Assembly (NCBI GenBank): GCA_964057225.1
Contig: OZ059896.1
Coordinates: 3,968,001-4,032,000 of the forward strand
From: Auanema rhodensis
Taxonomy: Eukaryota; Animalia; Nematoda
DNA length: 64,000 nucleotides
Reading direction: 5' to 3'
The notes under the pieces are model-generated. The model was not told where the DNA came from and made no database searches. It saw only the letters and a program-made list of their open reading frames with translations. Shown in pieces: positions 40,201 to 53,500 of the stretch (position 1 is the first letter of the stretch; each line of letters opens with the position of its first letter). Both the position numbers and the translations under genes were made by a program.

Positions 40201-43200
40201 ATTTCAAAGTCATGGTTACCATGAACCAATATCAATAAAAATTTGTTTTTAGACTAATATGGACATGGGGAATCTAATTTCGAAAACCGCATCTATTTAT
40301 CTTTCACGTGAAGCGAGTTACATACCAAGTGCACATCACGTGTACATTTAATTAGCATAAATTAAAGTTCACGTAAATTTCAAAGTCATGGTTACCATGA
40401 ACCAATATCAATAGAAATTTGTTTTTAGACTAATTTGGACATGGGGAATCTAATTTTGAAAACCGCATCTCTTTATCTTTCACGTGAAGCGAGTTACATA
40501 CCAAGTGCACATCACGTGTACATTTAATTAGCATAAATTAAAGTTCACGTAAATTTCAAAGTCATGGTTACCATGCACCAATATCAATAAAAATTTGTAT
40601 TTAGACTAATATGGACATGGGGAATCTAATTTTGAAAACCGCATCTCTTTATCTTTCACGTGAAGCGAGTTACATACCAAGTGCACATCACGTGTACATT
40701 TAATTAGCATAAATTAAAGTTCACGTAAATTTCAAAGTCATGGTTACCATGAACCAATATCAATAAAAATTTGTTTTTAGACTAATATGGACATGGGGAA
40801 TCTAATTTTGAAAACAGCATCTCTTTATCTTTCACGTGAAGCGAGTTACATACCAAGTGCACATCACGTGTACATTTAATTAGCATAAATTAAAGTTCAC
40901 GTAAATTTCAAAGTCATGGTTACCATGCACCAATATCAATAAAAATTTGTTTTTAGACTAATATGGACATGAAGAATCTAATTTTGAAAACCGCATCTCT
41001 TTATCTTTCACGTGAAGCGAGTTACATACCAAGTGCACATCACGTGTACATTTAATTAGCATAAATTAAAGTTCACGTAAATTTCAAAGTCATGGTTACC
41101 ATGAACCAATATCAATACAAATTTGTTTTTAGACTAATATGGACATGGGGAATCTAATTTTGAAAACCGCATCTCTTTATCTTTCACGTGAAGCGAGTTA
41201 CATACCAAGTGCACATCACGTGTACATTTAATTAGCATAAATTAAAGTTCACGTAAAATTCAAAGTCATGGTTACCATGCACCAATATCAATAAAAATTT
41301 GTTTTTAGACTAATATGGACATGGGGAATCTAATTTTGAAAACCGCATCTCTTTATCTTTCACGTGAAGCGAGTTACATACCAAGTGCACATCACGTGTA
41401 CATTTAATTAGCATAAATTAAAGTTCACGTAAATTTCAAAGTCATGGTTACCATGCACCAATATCAATAAAAATTTGTTTTTAGACTAATATGGACATGG
41501 GGAATCTAATTTTGAAAACCGCATCTCTTTATCTTTCACGTGAAGCGAGTTACATACCAAGTGCAAATAACGTGTACATTTAATTAGCATAAATTGAAGT
41601 TCACGTAAATTTCAAAGTCATGGTTACCATGAACCAATATCAATACAAATTTGTTTTTAGACTAATATGGACATGGGGAATCTAATTTTGAAAACCGCAT
41701 CTCTTTATCTTTCACGTGAAGCGAGTTACATACCAAGTGCACATCACGTGTACATTTAATTAGCATAAATTAAAGTTCACGTAAATTTCAAAGTCATGGT
41801 TACCATGCACCAATATCAATAAAAATTTGTTTTTAGACTAATATGGACATGTGGAATCTAATTTAGAATACCGCATCTCTTTATCTTTCACGTGAAGCGA
41901 GTTACATACCAAGTGCACATCACGTGTACATTTAATTAGCATAAATTAAAGTTCACGTAAATTTCAAAGTCATGGTTACCATGAACCAATATCAATAAAA
42001 ATTTGTTTTTAGACTAATATGGGCATGGGGAATCTAATTTTGAAAACCGCATCTCTTTATCTTTCACGTGAAGCGAGTTACATACCAAGTGCACATCACG
42101 TGTACATTTAATTAGCATAAATTAAAGTTCACGTAAATTTCAAAGTCATGGTTACCATGCACCAATATCAATAAAAATTTGTTTTTAGACTAATATGGAC
42201 ATGAAGAATCTAATTTTGAAAACCGCATCTCTTTATCTTTCACGTGAAGCGAGTTACATACCAAGTGCACATCACGTGTACATTTAATTAGCATAAATTA
42301 AAGTTCACGTAAATTTCAAAGTCATGGTTACCATGAACCAATATCAATACAAATTTGTTTTTAGACTAATATGGACATGGGGAATCTAATTTTGAAAACC
42401 GCATCTCTTTATCTCTCAGGTGAAGCGAGTTACATACCAAGTGCACATCACGTGTACAATTAATTAGCATAAATTAAAGTTCACGTAAATTTCAAAGTCA
42501 TGGTTACCATGCACCAATATCAATAAAAATTTGTTTTTAGACTAATATGGACATGGGGAATCTAATTTTGAAAACCGCATCTCTTTATCTTTCACGTGAA
42601 GCGAGTTACATACCAAGTGCACATCACGTGTACATTTAATTAGCATAAATTAAAGTTCACGTAAATTTCAAAGTCATGGTTACCATGAACCAATATCAAT
42701 AAAAATTTGTTTTTAGACTAATATGGACATGGGGAATCTAATTTTGAAAACCGCATCTCTTTATCTTTCACGTGAAGCGAGTTACATACCAAGTGCACAT
42801 CACGTGTACATTTAATTAGCATAAATTAAAGTTCACGTAAATTTCAAAGTCATGGTTACCATGAACCAATGTCAATACAAATTTGTTTTTAGACTAATAT
42901 GGACATGGGGAATCTAATTTTGAAAACCGCATCTCTTTATCTCTCAGGTGAAGCGAGTTACATACCAAGTGCACATCACGTGTACAATTAATTAGCATAA
43001 ATTAAAGTTCACGTAAATTTCAAAGTCATGGTTACCATGCACCAATATCAATAAAAATTTGTTTTTAGACTAATATGGACATGGGGAATCTAATTTTGAA
43101 AACCGCATCTATTTATCTTTCACGTGAAGCGAGTTACATACCAAGTGCACATCACGTGTACAATTAATTAGCATAAATTAAAGTTCACGTAAATTTCAAA

Positions 43201-46200
43201 GTCATGGTTACCATGCACCAATATCAATAAAAACTTGTTTTTAGACTAATATGGACATGGGGAATCTAATTTTGAAAACCGCATCTCTTTATCTCTCAGG
43301 TGAAGCGAGTTACATACCAAGTGCACATCACGTGTACAATTAATTAGCATAAATTAAAGTTCACGTAAATTTCAAAGTCATGGTTACCATGAACCAATAT
43401 CAATAAAAATTTGTTTTTAGACTAATTTGGACATGGGGAATCTAATTTTGAAAACCGCATCTCTTTATCTTTCACGTGAAGCGAGTTACATACCAAGTGC
43501 ACATCACGTGTACATTTAATTAGCATAAATTAAAGTTCACGTAAATTTCAAAGTCATGGTTACCATGAACCAATGTCAATAAAAATTTGTTTTTAGACTA
43601 ATATGGACATGGGGAATCTAATTTTGAAAACCGCATCTCTTTATCTCTCAGGTGAAGCGAGTTACATACCAAGTGCACATCACGTGTACAATTAATTAGC
43701 ATAAATTAAAGTTCACGTAAATTTCAAAGTCATGGTTACCATGCACCAATATCAATAAAAATTTGTTTTTAGACTAATATGGACATGGGGAATCTAATTT
43801 TGAAAACCGCATCTCTTTATCTTTCACGTGAAGCGAGTTACATACCAAGTGCACATCACGTGTACATTTAATTAGCATAAATTAAAGTTCACGTAAATTT
43901 CAAAGTCATGGTTACCATGAACCAATATCAATAAAAATTTGTTTTTAGACTAATATGGACATGGGGAATCTAATTTTGAAAACCGCATCTCTTTATCTTT
44001 CACGTGAAGCGAGTTACATACCAAGTGCACATCACGTGTACATTTAATTAGCATTAATTAAAGTTCACGTAAATTTCAAAGTCATGGTTACCATGAACCA
44101 ATATCAATAAAAATTTGTTTTTAGACTAATATGGACATGGGGAATCTAATTTCGAAAACCGCATCTATTTATCTTTCACGTGAAGCGAGTTACATACCAA
44201 GTGCACATCACGTGTACAATTAATTAGCATAAATTAAAGTTCACGTAAATTTCAAAGTCATGGTTACCATGCACCAATATCAATAAAAATTTGTTTTTAG
44301 ACTAATATGGACATGGGGAATCTAATTTTGAAAACCGCATCTCTTTATCTCTCAGGTGAAGCGAGTTACATACCAAGTGCACATCACGTGTACAATTAAT
44401 TAGCATAAATTAAAGTTCACGTAAATTTCAAAGTCATGGTTACCATGCACCAATATCAATAAAAATTTGTTTTTAGACTAATATGGACATGGGAAATCTA
44501 ATTTTGAAAACCGCATCTCTTTATTTTTCACGTGAAGCGAGTTACATACCAAGTGCACATCACGTGTACATTTAATTAGCATAAATTAAAGTTTACGTAA
44601 ATTTCAAAGTCATGGTTACCATGAACCAATATCAATAAAAATTTGTTTTTAGACTAATTTGGACATGGGGAATCTAATTTTGAAAACCGCATCTATTTAT
44701 CTTTCACGTGAAGCGAGTTACATACCAAGTGCACATCACGTGTACATTTAATTAGCATAAATTAAAGTTCACGTAAATTTCAAAGTCATGGTTACCATGA
44801 ACCAATATCAATAAAAATTTGTTTTTAGACTAATATGGACATGGGGAATCTAATTTCGAAAACCGCATCTATTTATTTTTCACGTGAAGCGAGTTACATA
44901 CCAAGTGCACATCACGTGTACATTTAATTAGCATAAATTAAAGTTCACGTAAATTTCAAAGTCATGGTTACCATGAACCAATATCAATAAAAATTTGTTT
45001 TTAGACTAATATGGACATGGGGAATCTAATTTCGAAAACCGCATCTATTTATCTTTCACGTGAAGCGAGTTACATACCAAGTGCACATCACGTGTACAAT
45101 TAATTAGCATAAATTAAAGTTCACGTAAATTTCAAAGTCATGGTTACCATGCACCAATATCAATAAAAATTTGTTTTTAGACTAATATGGACATGGGGAA
45201 TCTAATTTTGAAAACCGCATCTCTTTATCTCTCAGGTGAAGCGAGTTACATACCAAGTGCACATCACGTGTACAATTAATTAGCATAAATTAAAGTTCAC
45301 GTAAATTTCAAAGTCATGGTTACCATGCACCAATATCAATAAAAATTTGTTTTTAGACTAATATGGACATGGGGAATCTAATTTTGAAAACCGCATCTCT
45401 TTATCTTTCACGTGAAGCGAGTTACATACCAAGTGCACATCACGTGTACATTTAATTAGCATAAATTAAAGTTCACGTAAATTTCAAAGTCATGGTTACC
45501 ATGAACCAATGTCAATAAAAATTTGTTTTTAGACTAATATGGACATGGGGAATCTAATTTTGAAAACCGCATCTCTTTATCTCTCAGGTGAAGCGAGTTA
45601 CATACCAAGTGCACATCACGTGTACAATTAATTAGCATAAATTAAAGTTCACGTAAATTTCAAAGTCATGGTTACCATGCACCAATATCAATAAAAATTT
45701 GTTTGTGAACTAATATGGACATGGGGAATCTAATTTTGAAAACCGCATCTCTTCATCTTTCACGTGAAGCGAGTTACATACCAAGTGCACATCACGTGTA
45801 CATTTAATTAGCATAAATTAAAGTTCACGTAAATTTCAAAGTCATGGTTACCATGCACCAATATCAATAAAAATTTGTTTTTAGACTAATATGGACATGG
45901 GGAATCTAATTTTGAAAACCGCATCTCTTTATCTCTCACGTGAAGCGAGTTACATACCAAGGGCACATCACGTGTACATTTAATTAGCATTAATTAAAGT
46001 TCACGTAAATTTCAAAGTCATGGTTACCATGAACCAATATCAATAAAAATTTGTTTGTGAACTAATATGGACATGGGGAATCTAATTTTGAAAACCGCAT
46101 CTCTTCATCTTTCACGTGAAGCGAGTTACATACCGAGTGCACATCACCTGTACATTTAATTAGCATAAATTAAAGTTCACGTAAATTTCAAAGTCATGGT

Positions 46201-49200
46201 TACCATGAACCAATATCAATAAAAATTTGTTTTTAGACTAATATGGACATGGGGAATCTAATTTTGAAAACCGCATCTATTTATCTTTCACGTGAAGCGA
46301 GTTACATACCAAGTGCACATCACGTGTACATTTAATTAGCATAAATTAAAGTTCACGTAAATTTCAAAGTCATGGTTACCATGAACCAATATCAATAAAA
46401 ATTTGTTTTTAGACTAATATGGACATGGGGAATCTAATTTCGAAAACCGCATCTATTTATCTTTCACGTGAAGCGAGTTACATACCAAGTGCACATCACG
46501 TGTACAATTAATTAGCATAAATTAAAGTTCACGTAAATTTCAAAGTCATGGTTACCATGCACCAATATCAATAAAAATTTGTTTTTAGACTAATATGGAC
46601 ATGGGGAATCTAATTTCGAAAACCGCATCTCTTTATTTTTCACGTGAAGCGAGTTACATACCAAGTGCACATCACGTGTACAATTAATTAGCATAAATTA
46701 AAGTTCACGTAAATTTCAAAGTCATGGTTACCATGCACCAATATCAATAAAAATTTGTTTTTAGACTAATACGGACATGGGAAATCTAATTTTGAAAACC
46801 GCATCTCTTTATTTTTCACGTGAAGCGAGTTACATACCAAGTGCACATCACGTGTACATTTAATTAGCATAAATTAAAGTTCACGTAAATTTCAAAGTCA
46901 TGGTTACCATGAACCAATATCAATAAAAATTTGTTTTTAGACTAATATGGACATGGGAAATCTAATTTTGAAAACCGCATCTATTTATCTTTCACGTGAA
47001 GCGAGTTACATACCAAGTGCACATCACGTGTACATTTAATTAGCATAAATTAAAGTTCACGTAAATTTCAAAGTCATGGTTACCATGAACCAATATCAAT
47101 AAAAATTTGTTTTTAGACTAATATGGACATGGGGAATCTAATTTCGAAAACCGCATCTATTTATCTTTCACGTGAAGCGAGTTACATACCAAGTGCACAT
47201 CACGTGTACATTTAATTAGCATAAATTAAAGTTCACGTAAATTTCAAAGTCATGGTTACCATGAACCAATATCAATAAAAATTTGTTTTTAGACTAATAT
47301 GGACATGGGGAATCTAATTTCGAAAACCGCATCTATTTATCTTTCACGTGAAGCGAGTTACATACCAAGTGCACATCACGTGTACATTTAATTAGCATAA
47401 ATTAAAGTTCACGTAAATTTCAAAGTCATGGTTACCATGAACCAATATCAATAAAAATTTGTTTTTAGACTAATTTGGACATGGGGAATCTAATTTTGAA
47501 AACCGCATCTATTTATCTTTCACGTGAAGCGAGTTACATACCAAGTGCACATCACGTGTACATTTAATTAGCATTAATTAAAGTTCACGTAAATTTCAAA
47601 GTCATGGTTACCATGAACCAATATCAATAAAAATTTGTTTTTAGACTAATATGGACATGGGGAATCTAATTTCGAAAACCGCATCTATTTATCTTTCACG
47701 TGAAGCGAGTTACATACCAAGTGCACATCACGTGTACATTTAATTAGCATGAATTAAAGTTCACGTAAATTTCAAAGTCATGGTTACCATGAACCAATAT
47801 CAATAAAAATTTGTTTTTAGACTAATATGGACATGGGGAATCTAATTTTGAAAACCGCATCTATTTATCTTTCACGTAAAGCGAGTTACATACCAAGTGC
47901 ACATCACGTGTACATTTAATTAGCATAAATTAAAGTTCACGTAAATTTCAAAATCATGGTTACCATGCACCAATATCAATAAAAATTTGTTTTTAGACTA
48001 ATATGGACATGGGAAATCTAATTTTGAAAACCGCATCTCTTTATTTTTCACGTGAAGCGAGTTACATACCAAGTGCACATCACGTGTACATTTAATTAGC
48101 ATAAATTAAAGTTCACGTAAATTTCAAAGTCATGGTTACCATGAACCAATATCAATAAAAATTTGTTTTTAGACTAATTTGGACATGGGGAATCTAATTT
48201 TGAAAACCGCATCTATTTATCTTTCACGTGAAGCGAGTTACATACCAAGTGCACATCACGTGTACATTTAATTAGCATAAATTAAAGTTCACGTAAATTT
48301 CAAAGTCATGGTTACCATGAACCAATATCAATAAAAATTTGTTTTTAGACTAATATGGACATGGGGAATCTAATTTTGAAAACCGCATCTATTTATCTTT
48401 CACGTGAAGCGAGTTACATACCAAGTGCACATCACGTGTACATTTAATTAGCATAAATTAAAGTTCACGTAAATTTCAAAGTCATGGTTACCATGAACCA
48501 ATATCAATAAAAATTTGTTTTTAGACTAATATGGACATGGGGAATCTAATTTCGAAAACCGCATCTATTTATCTTTCACGTGAAGCGAGTTACATACCAA
48601 GTGCACATCACGTGTACATTTAATTAGCATGAATTAAAGTTCACGTAAATTTCAAAGTCATGGTTACCATGAACCAATATCAATAAAAATTTGTTTTTAG
48701 ACTAATATGGACATGGGGAATCTAATTTTGAAAACCGCATCTATTTATCTTTCACGTAAAGCGAGTTACATACCAAGTGCACATCACGTGTACATTTAAT
48801 TAGCATAAATTAAAGTTCACGTAAATTTCAAAGTCATGGTTACCATGCACCAATATCAATGAAAATTTGTTTTTAGACTAATATGGACATGGGAAATCTA
48901 ATTTTGAAAACCGCATCTCTTTATTTTTCACGTGAAGCGAGTTACATACCAAGTGCACATCACGTGTACATTTAATTAGCATAAATTAAAGTTCACGTAA
49001 ATTTCAAAGTCATGGTTACCATGAACCAATATCAATAAAAATTTGTTTTTAGACTAATATGGACATGGGGAATCTAATTTTGAAAACCGCATCTTTTTAT
49101 CTTTCACGTGAAGCGAGTTACATACCAAGTGCACATCACGTGTACATTTAATTAGCATAAATTAAAGTTCACGTAAATTTCAAAGTCATGGTTACCATGC

Positions 49201-50514
49201 ACTAATATCAATAAAAATTTGGTTTTAGACTAATATGGACATGGGGAATCTAATTTTGAAAACCGCATCTATTTATCTTTCACGTGAAGCGAGTTACATA
49301 CCAAGTGCACATCACGTGTACATTTAATTAGCATAAATTAAAGTTCACGTAAATTTCAAAGTCATGGTTACCATGAACCAATATCAATAAAAATTTGTTT
49401 TTAGACTAATATGGACATGGGGAATCTAATTTCGAAAACCGCATCTATTTATCTTTCACGTGAAGCGAGTTACATACCAAGTGCACATCACGTGTACATT
49501 TAATTAGCATAAATTAAAGTTCACGTAAATTTCAAAGTCATGGTTACCATGAACCAATATCAATAAAATTTTGTTTTTAGACTAATTTGGACATGGGGAA
49601 TCTAATTTTGAAAACCGCATCTATTTATCTTTCACGTGAAGCGAGTTACATACCAAGTGCACATCACGTGTACATTTAATTAGCATAAATTAAAGTTCAC
49701 GTAAATTTCAAAGTCATGGTTACCATGAACCAATATCAATAAAAATTTGTTTTTAGACTAATATGGACATGGGGAATCTAATTTCGAAAACCGCATCTAT
49801 TTATCTTTCACGTGAAGCGAGTTACATACCAAGTGCACATCACGTGTACATTTAATTAGCATGAATTAAAGTTCACGTAAATTTCAAAGTCATGGTTACC
49901 ATGAACCAATATCAATAAAAATTTGTTTTTAGACTAATATGGACATGGGGAATCTAATTTTGAAAACCGCATCTATTTATCTTTCACGTAAAGCGAGTTA
50001 CATACCAAGTGCACATCACGTGTACATTTAATTAGCATAAATTAAAGTTCACGTAAATTTCAAAGTCATGGTTACCATGAACCAATATCAATAAAAATTT
50101 GATTTTAGACTAATATGGACATGGGGAATCTAATTTTGGAAACCGCATCTCTTTATCTTTCACGTGAAACGAGTTACATACCAAGTGCACATCACGTGTA
50201 CATTTAATTAGCATGAATTAAAGTTCACGTAAATTTCAAAGTCATGGTTACCATGAACCAATATCAATAAAAATTTGTTTTTAGACTAATATGGACATGG
50301 GGAATCTAATTTCGAAAACCGCATCTATTTATCTTTCACGTGAAGCGAGTTACATACCAAGTGCACATCACGTGTACATTTAATTAGCATAAATTAAAGT
50401 TCACGTAAATTTCAAAGTCATGGTTACCATGAACCAATATCAATAAAAATTTGTTTTTAGACTAATATGGACATGGGGAATCTAATTTCGAAAACCGCAT
50501 CTCTTTATCTTTCA

Positions 50515-50535
50515 CGTGAAGCGAGCGTTTCTCAA
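50515..50535. other. Right junction, 176-bp satellite to inverted 351-bp satellite
   Basis: ...TTCACGTGAAGCGAG|CGTTTCTCAATG... with 2-3 bp shared (AG or GAG) and no spacer. Confidence 0.95.
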
Positions 50536-53500
50536 TGTAGTATAGTGCATTCGATGCGGATTTTTAAGCTGCGTCGATCTGTACTATCAGATTTGCGCTA
50601 GCTTGAAAATGCACCGAGATATCAACTGATATAAGTTCACACTTATATCCTCGATTTTCACCCTGAAGAATTAATTTTTTCGTTGAATAACATTGTCCAT
50701 CGTTTTTGCCTCGAAAAAAGGAATCTAAAAACATCTACTTTTCGCTAAATTATTTTGAAATTTTTCGAAAAAATTTTTGTCAAAATGTTTTTGGAAGCAA
50801 TTTTGAGTGTACATGGAAACTCAACATACACTAATGCATCATTTTTCAAACGATCATAACTAATTTTTGTATAAAGCGTTTCTCAATGTAGTATAGTGCA
50901 TTCGATGCGGATTTTTAAGCTGCGTCGATCTGTACTATCAGATTTGCGCTAGCTTGAAAATGCACCGAGATATCATCTGATATAAGTTCACACTTATATC
51001 CTCGATTTTCACCCTGAAGAATTAATTTTTTCGTTGAATAACATTGTCCATCGTTTTTGCCTCAAAAAAAGGAATCTAAAAACATCTACTTTTCGCTAAA
51101 TTATTTTGAAATTTTTCGAAAAAATTTTTGTCAAAATGTTTTTGGAAGCAATTTTGAGTGTACATGGAAACTCAACATACACTAATGCATCATTTTTCAA
51201 ACGATCATAACTAATTTTTGTATTAAGCGTTTCTCAATGTAGTATAGTGCATTCGATGCGGATTTTTAAGCTGCGTCGATCTGTACTATCAGATTTGCGC
51301 TAGCTTGAAAATGCACCGAGATATCAACTGATATAAGTTCACACTTATATCCTCGATTTTCACCCTGAAGAATTAATTTTTTCGTTGAATAACATTGTCC
51401 ATCGTTTTTGCCTCGAAAAAAGGAATCTAAAAACATCTACTTTTCGCTAAATTATTTTGAAATTTTTCGAAAAAATTTTTGTCAAAATGTTTTTGGAAGC
51501 AATTTTGAGTGTACATGGAAACTCAACATACACTAATGCATCATTTTTCAAACGATCATAACTTATTTTTGTATTAAGCGTTTCTCAATGTAGTATAGTG
51601 CATTCGATGCAGATTTTTAAGCTGCGTCGATCTGTACTATCAGATTTGCGCTAGCTTGAAAATGCACCGAGATATCAACTGATATAAGTTCACACTTATA
51701 TCCTCGATTTTCACCCTGAAGAATTAATTTTTTCGTTGAATAACATTGTCCATCGTTTTTGCCTCAAAAAAAGGAATCTAAAAACATCTACTTTTCGCTA
51801 AATTATTTTGAAATTTTTCGAAAAAATTTTTGTCAAAATGTTTTTGGAAGCAATTTTGAGTGTACATGGAAACTCAACATACACTATTGCATCATTTTTC
51901 AAACGATCATAACTAATTTTTGTATTAAGCTTTTCTTAATGTAGTATAGTGCATTCGATGCGGATTTTTAAGCTGCGTCGATCTGTACTATCAGATTTGC
52001 GCTAGCTTGAAAATGCACCGAGATATGAACTGATATAAGTTCACACTTATATCCTCGATTTTCACCCTGAAGAATTAATTTTTTCGTTGAATTACATTGT
52101 CCATCGTTTTTGCCTTGAAAAAAGGAATCTAAAAACATCTACTTTTCGCTAAATTATTTTGAAATTTTTCGAAAAAATTTTTGTCAAAATGTTTTTGGAA
52201 GCAATTTTGAGTGTACATGGAAACTCAACATACACTAATGCATCATTTTTCAAACGATCATAACTTATTTTTGTATTAAGCGTTTCTCAATGTAGTATAG
52301 TGCATTCGATGCGGATTTTTAAGCTGCGTCGATCTGTACTATCAGATTTGCGCTAGCTTGAAAATGCACCGAGATATGAACTGATATAAGTTCACACTTA
52401 TATCCTCGATTTTCACCCTGAAGAATTAATTTTTTCGTTGAATTACATTGTCCATCGTTTTTGCCTTGAAAAAAGGAATCTAAAAACATCTACTTTTCGC
52501 TAAATTATTTTGAAATTTTTCGAAAAAATTTTTGTCAAAATGTTTTTGGAAGCAATTTTGAGTGTACATGGAAACTCAACATACACTAATGCATCATTTT
52601 TCAAACGATCATAACTAATTTTTGTATTAAGCGTTTCTCAATGTAGTATAGTGCATTCGATGCGGATTTTTAAGCTGCGTCGATTTGTACTATCAGATTT
52701 GCGCTAGCTTGAAAATGCACCGAGATATCAACTGATATAAGTTCACACCTATATCCTCGATTTTCACCCTGAAGAATTAATTTTTTCGTTGAATAACATT
52801 GTCCATCGTTTTTGCCTTGAAAAAAGGAATCTAAAAACATCTACTTTTTGCTAAATTATTTTGAAATTTTTCGAAAAAATTTTTGTCAAAATGTTTTTGG
52901 AAGCAATTTTGAGTGTACATGGAAACTCAACATACACTAATGCATCATTTTTCAAACGATCATAACTTATTTTTGTATTAAGCGTTTCTCAATGTAGTAT
53001 AGTGCATTCGATGCGGATTTTTAAGCTGCGTCGATCTGTACTATCAGATTTGCGCTAGCTTGAAAATGCACCGAGATATGAACTGATATAAGTTCACACT
53101 TATATCCTCGATTTTCACCCTGAAGAATTAATTTTTTCGTTGAATTACATTGTCCATCGTTTTTGCCTTGAAAAAAGGAATCTAAAAACATCTACTTTTC
53201 GCTATATTATTTTGAAATTTTTCGAAAAAATTTTTGTCAAAATGTTTTTGGAAGCAATTTTGAGTGTACATGGAAACTCAACATACACTAATGCATCATT
53301 TTTCAAACGATCATAACTAATTTTTGTATTAAGCGTTTCTCAATGTAGTATAGTGCATTCGATGCGGATTTTTAAGCTGCGTCGATCTGTACTATCAGAT
53401 TTGCGCTAGCTTGAAAATGCACCGAGATATCAACTGATATAAGTTCACACCTATATCCTCGATTTTCACCCTGAAGAATTAATTTTTTCGTTGAATAACA

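Larger units (their letters stand above)
7094..50525. repeat. 176-bp tandem satellite array, 246 full monomers plus a 135-bp partial monomer, single orientation
   Basis: AAATTAAAGTTCACGTAAATTTCAAAGTCATGG starts at 7094, 7270, 7446 ... 50391 (50391-7094 = 246x176+1). The extra base is an A in the run at 13308-13313. ~31% GC. Confidence 0.99.

Noticed and set aside
7094-50525. CRISPR array, suggested by regularly spaced palindromes
   Set aside because: The sequence between palindromes is near-identical in all units. There are no unique spacers, leader or cas genes.
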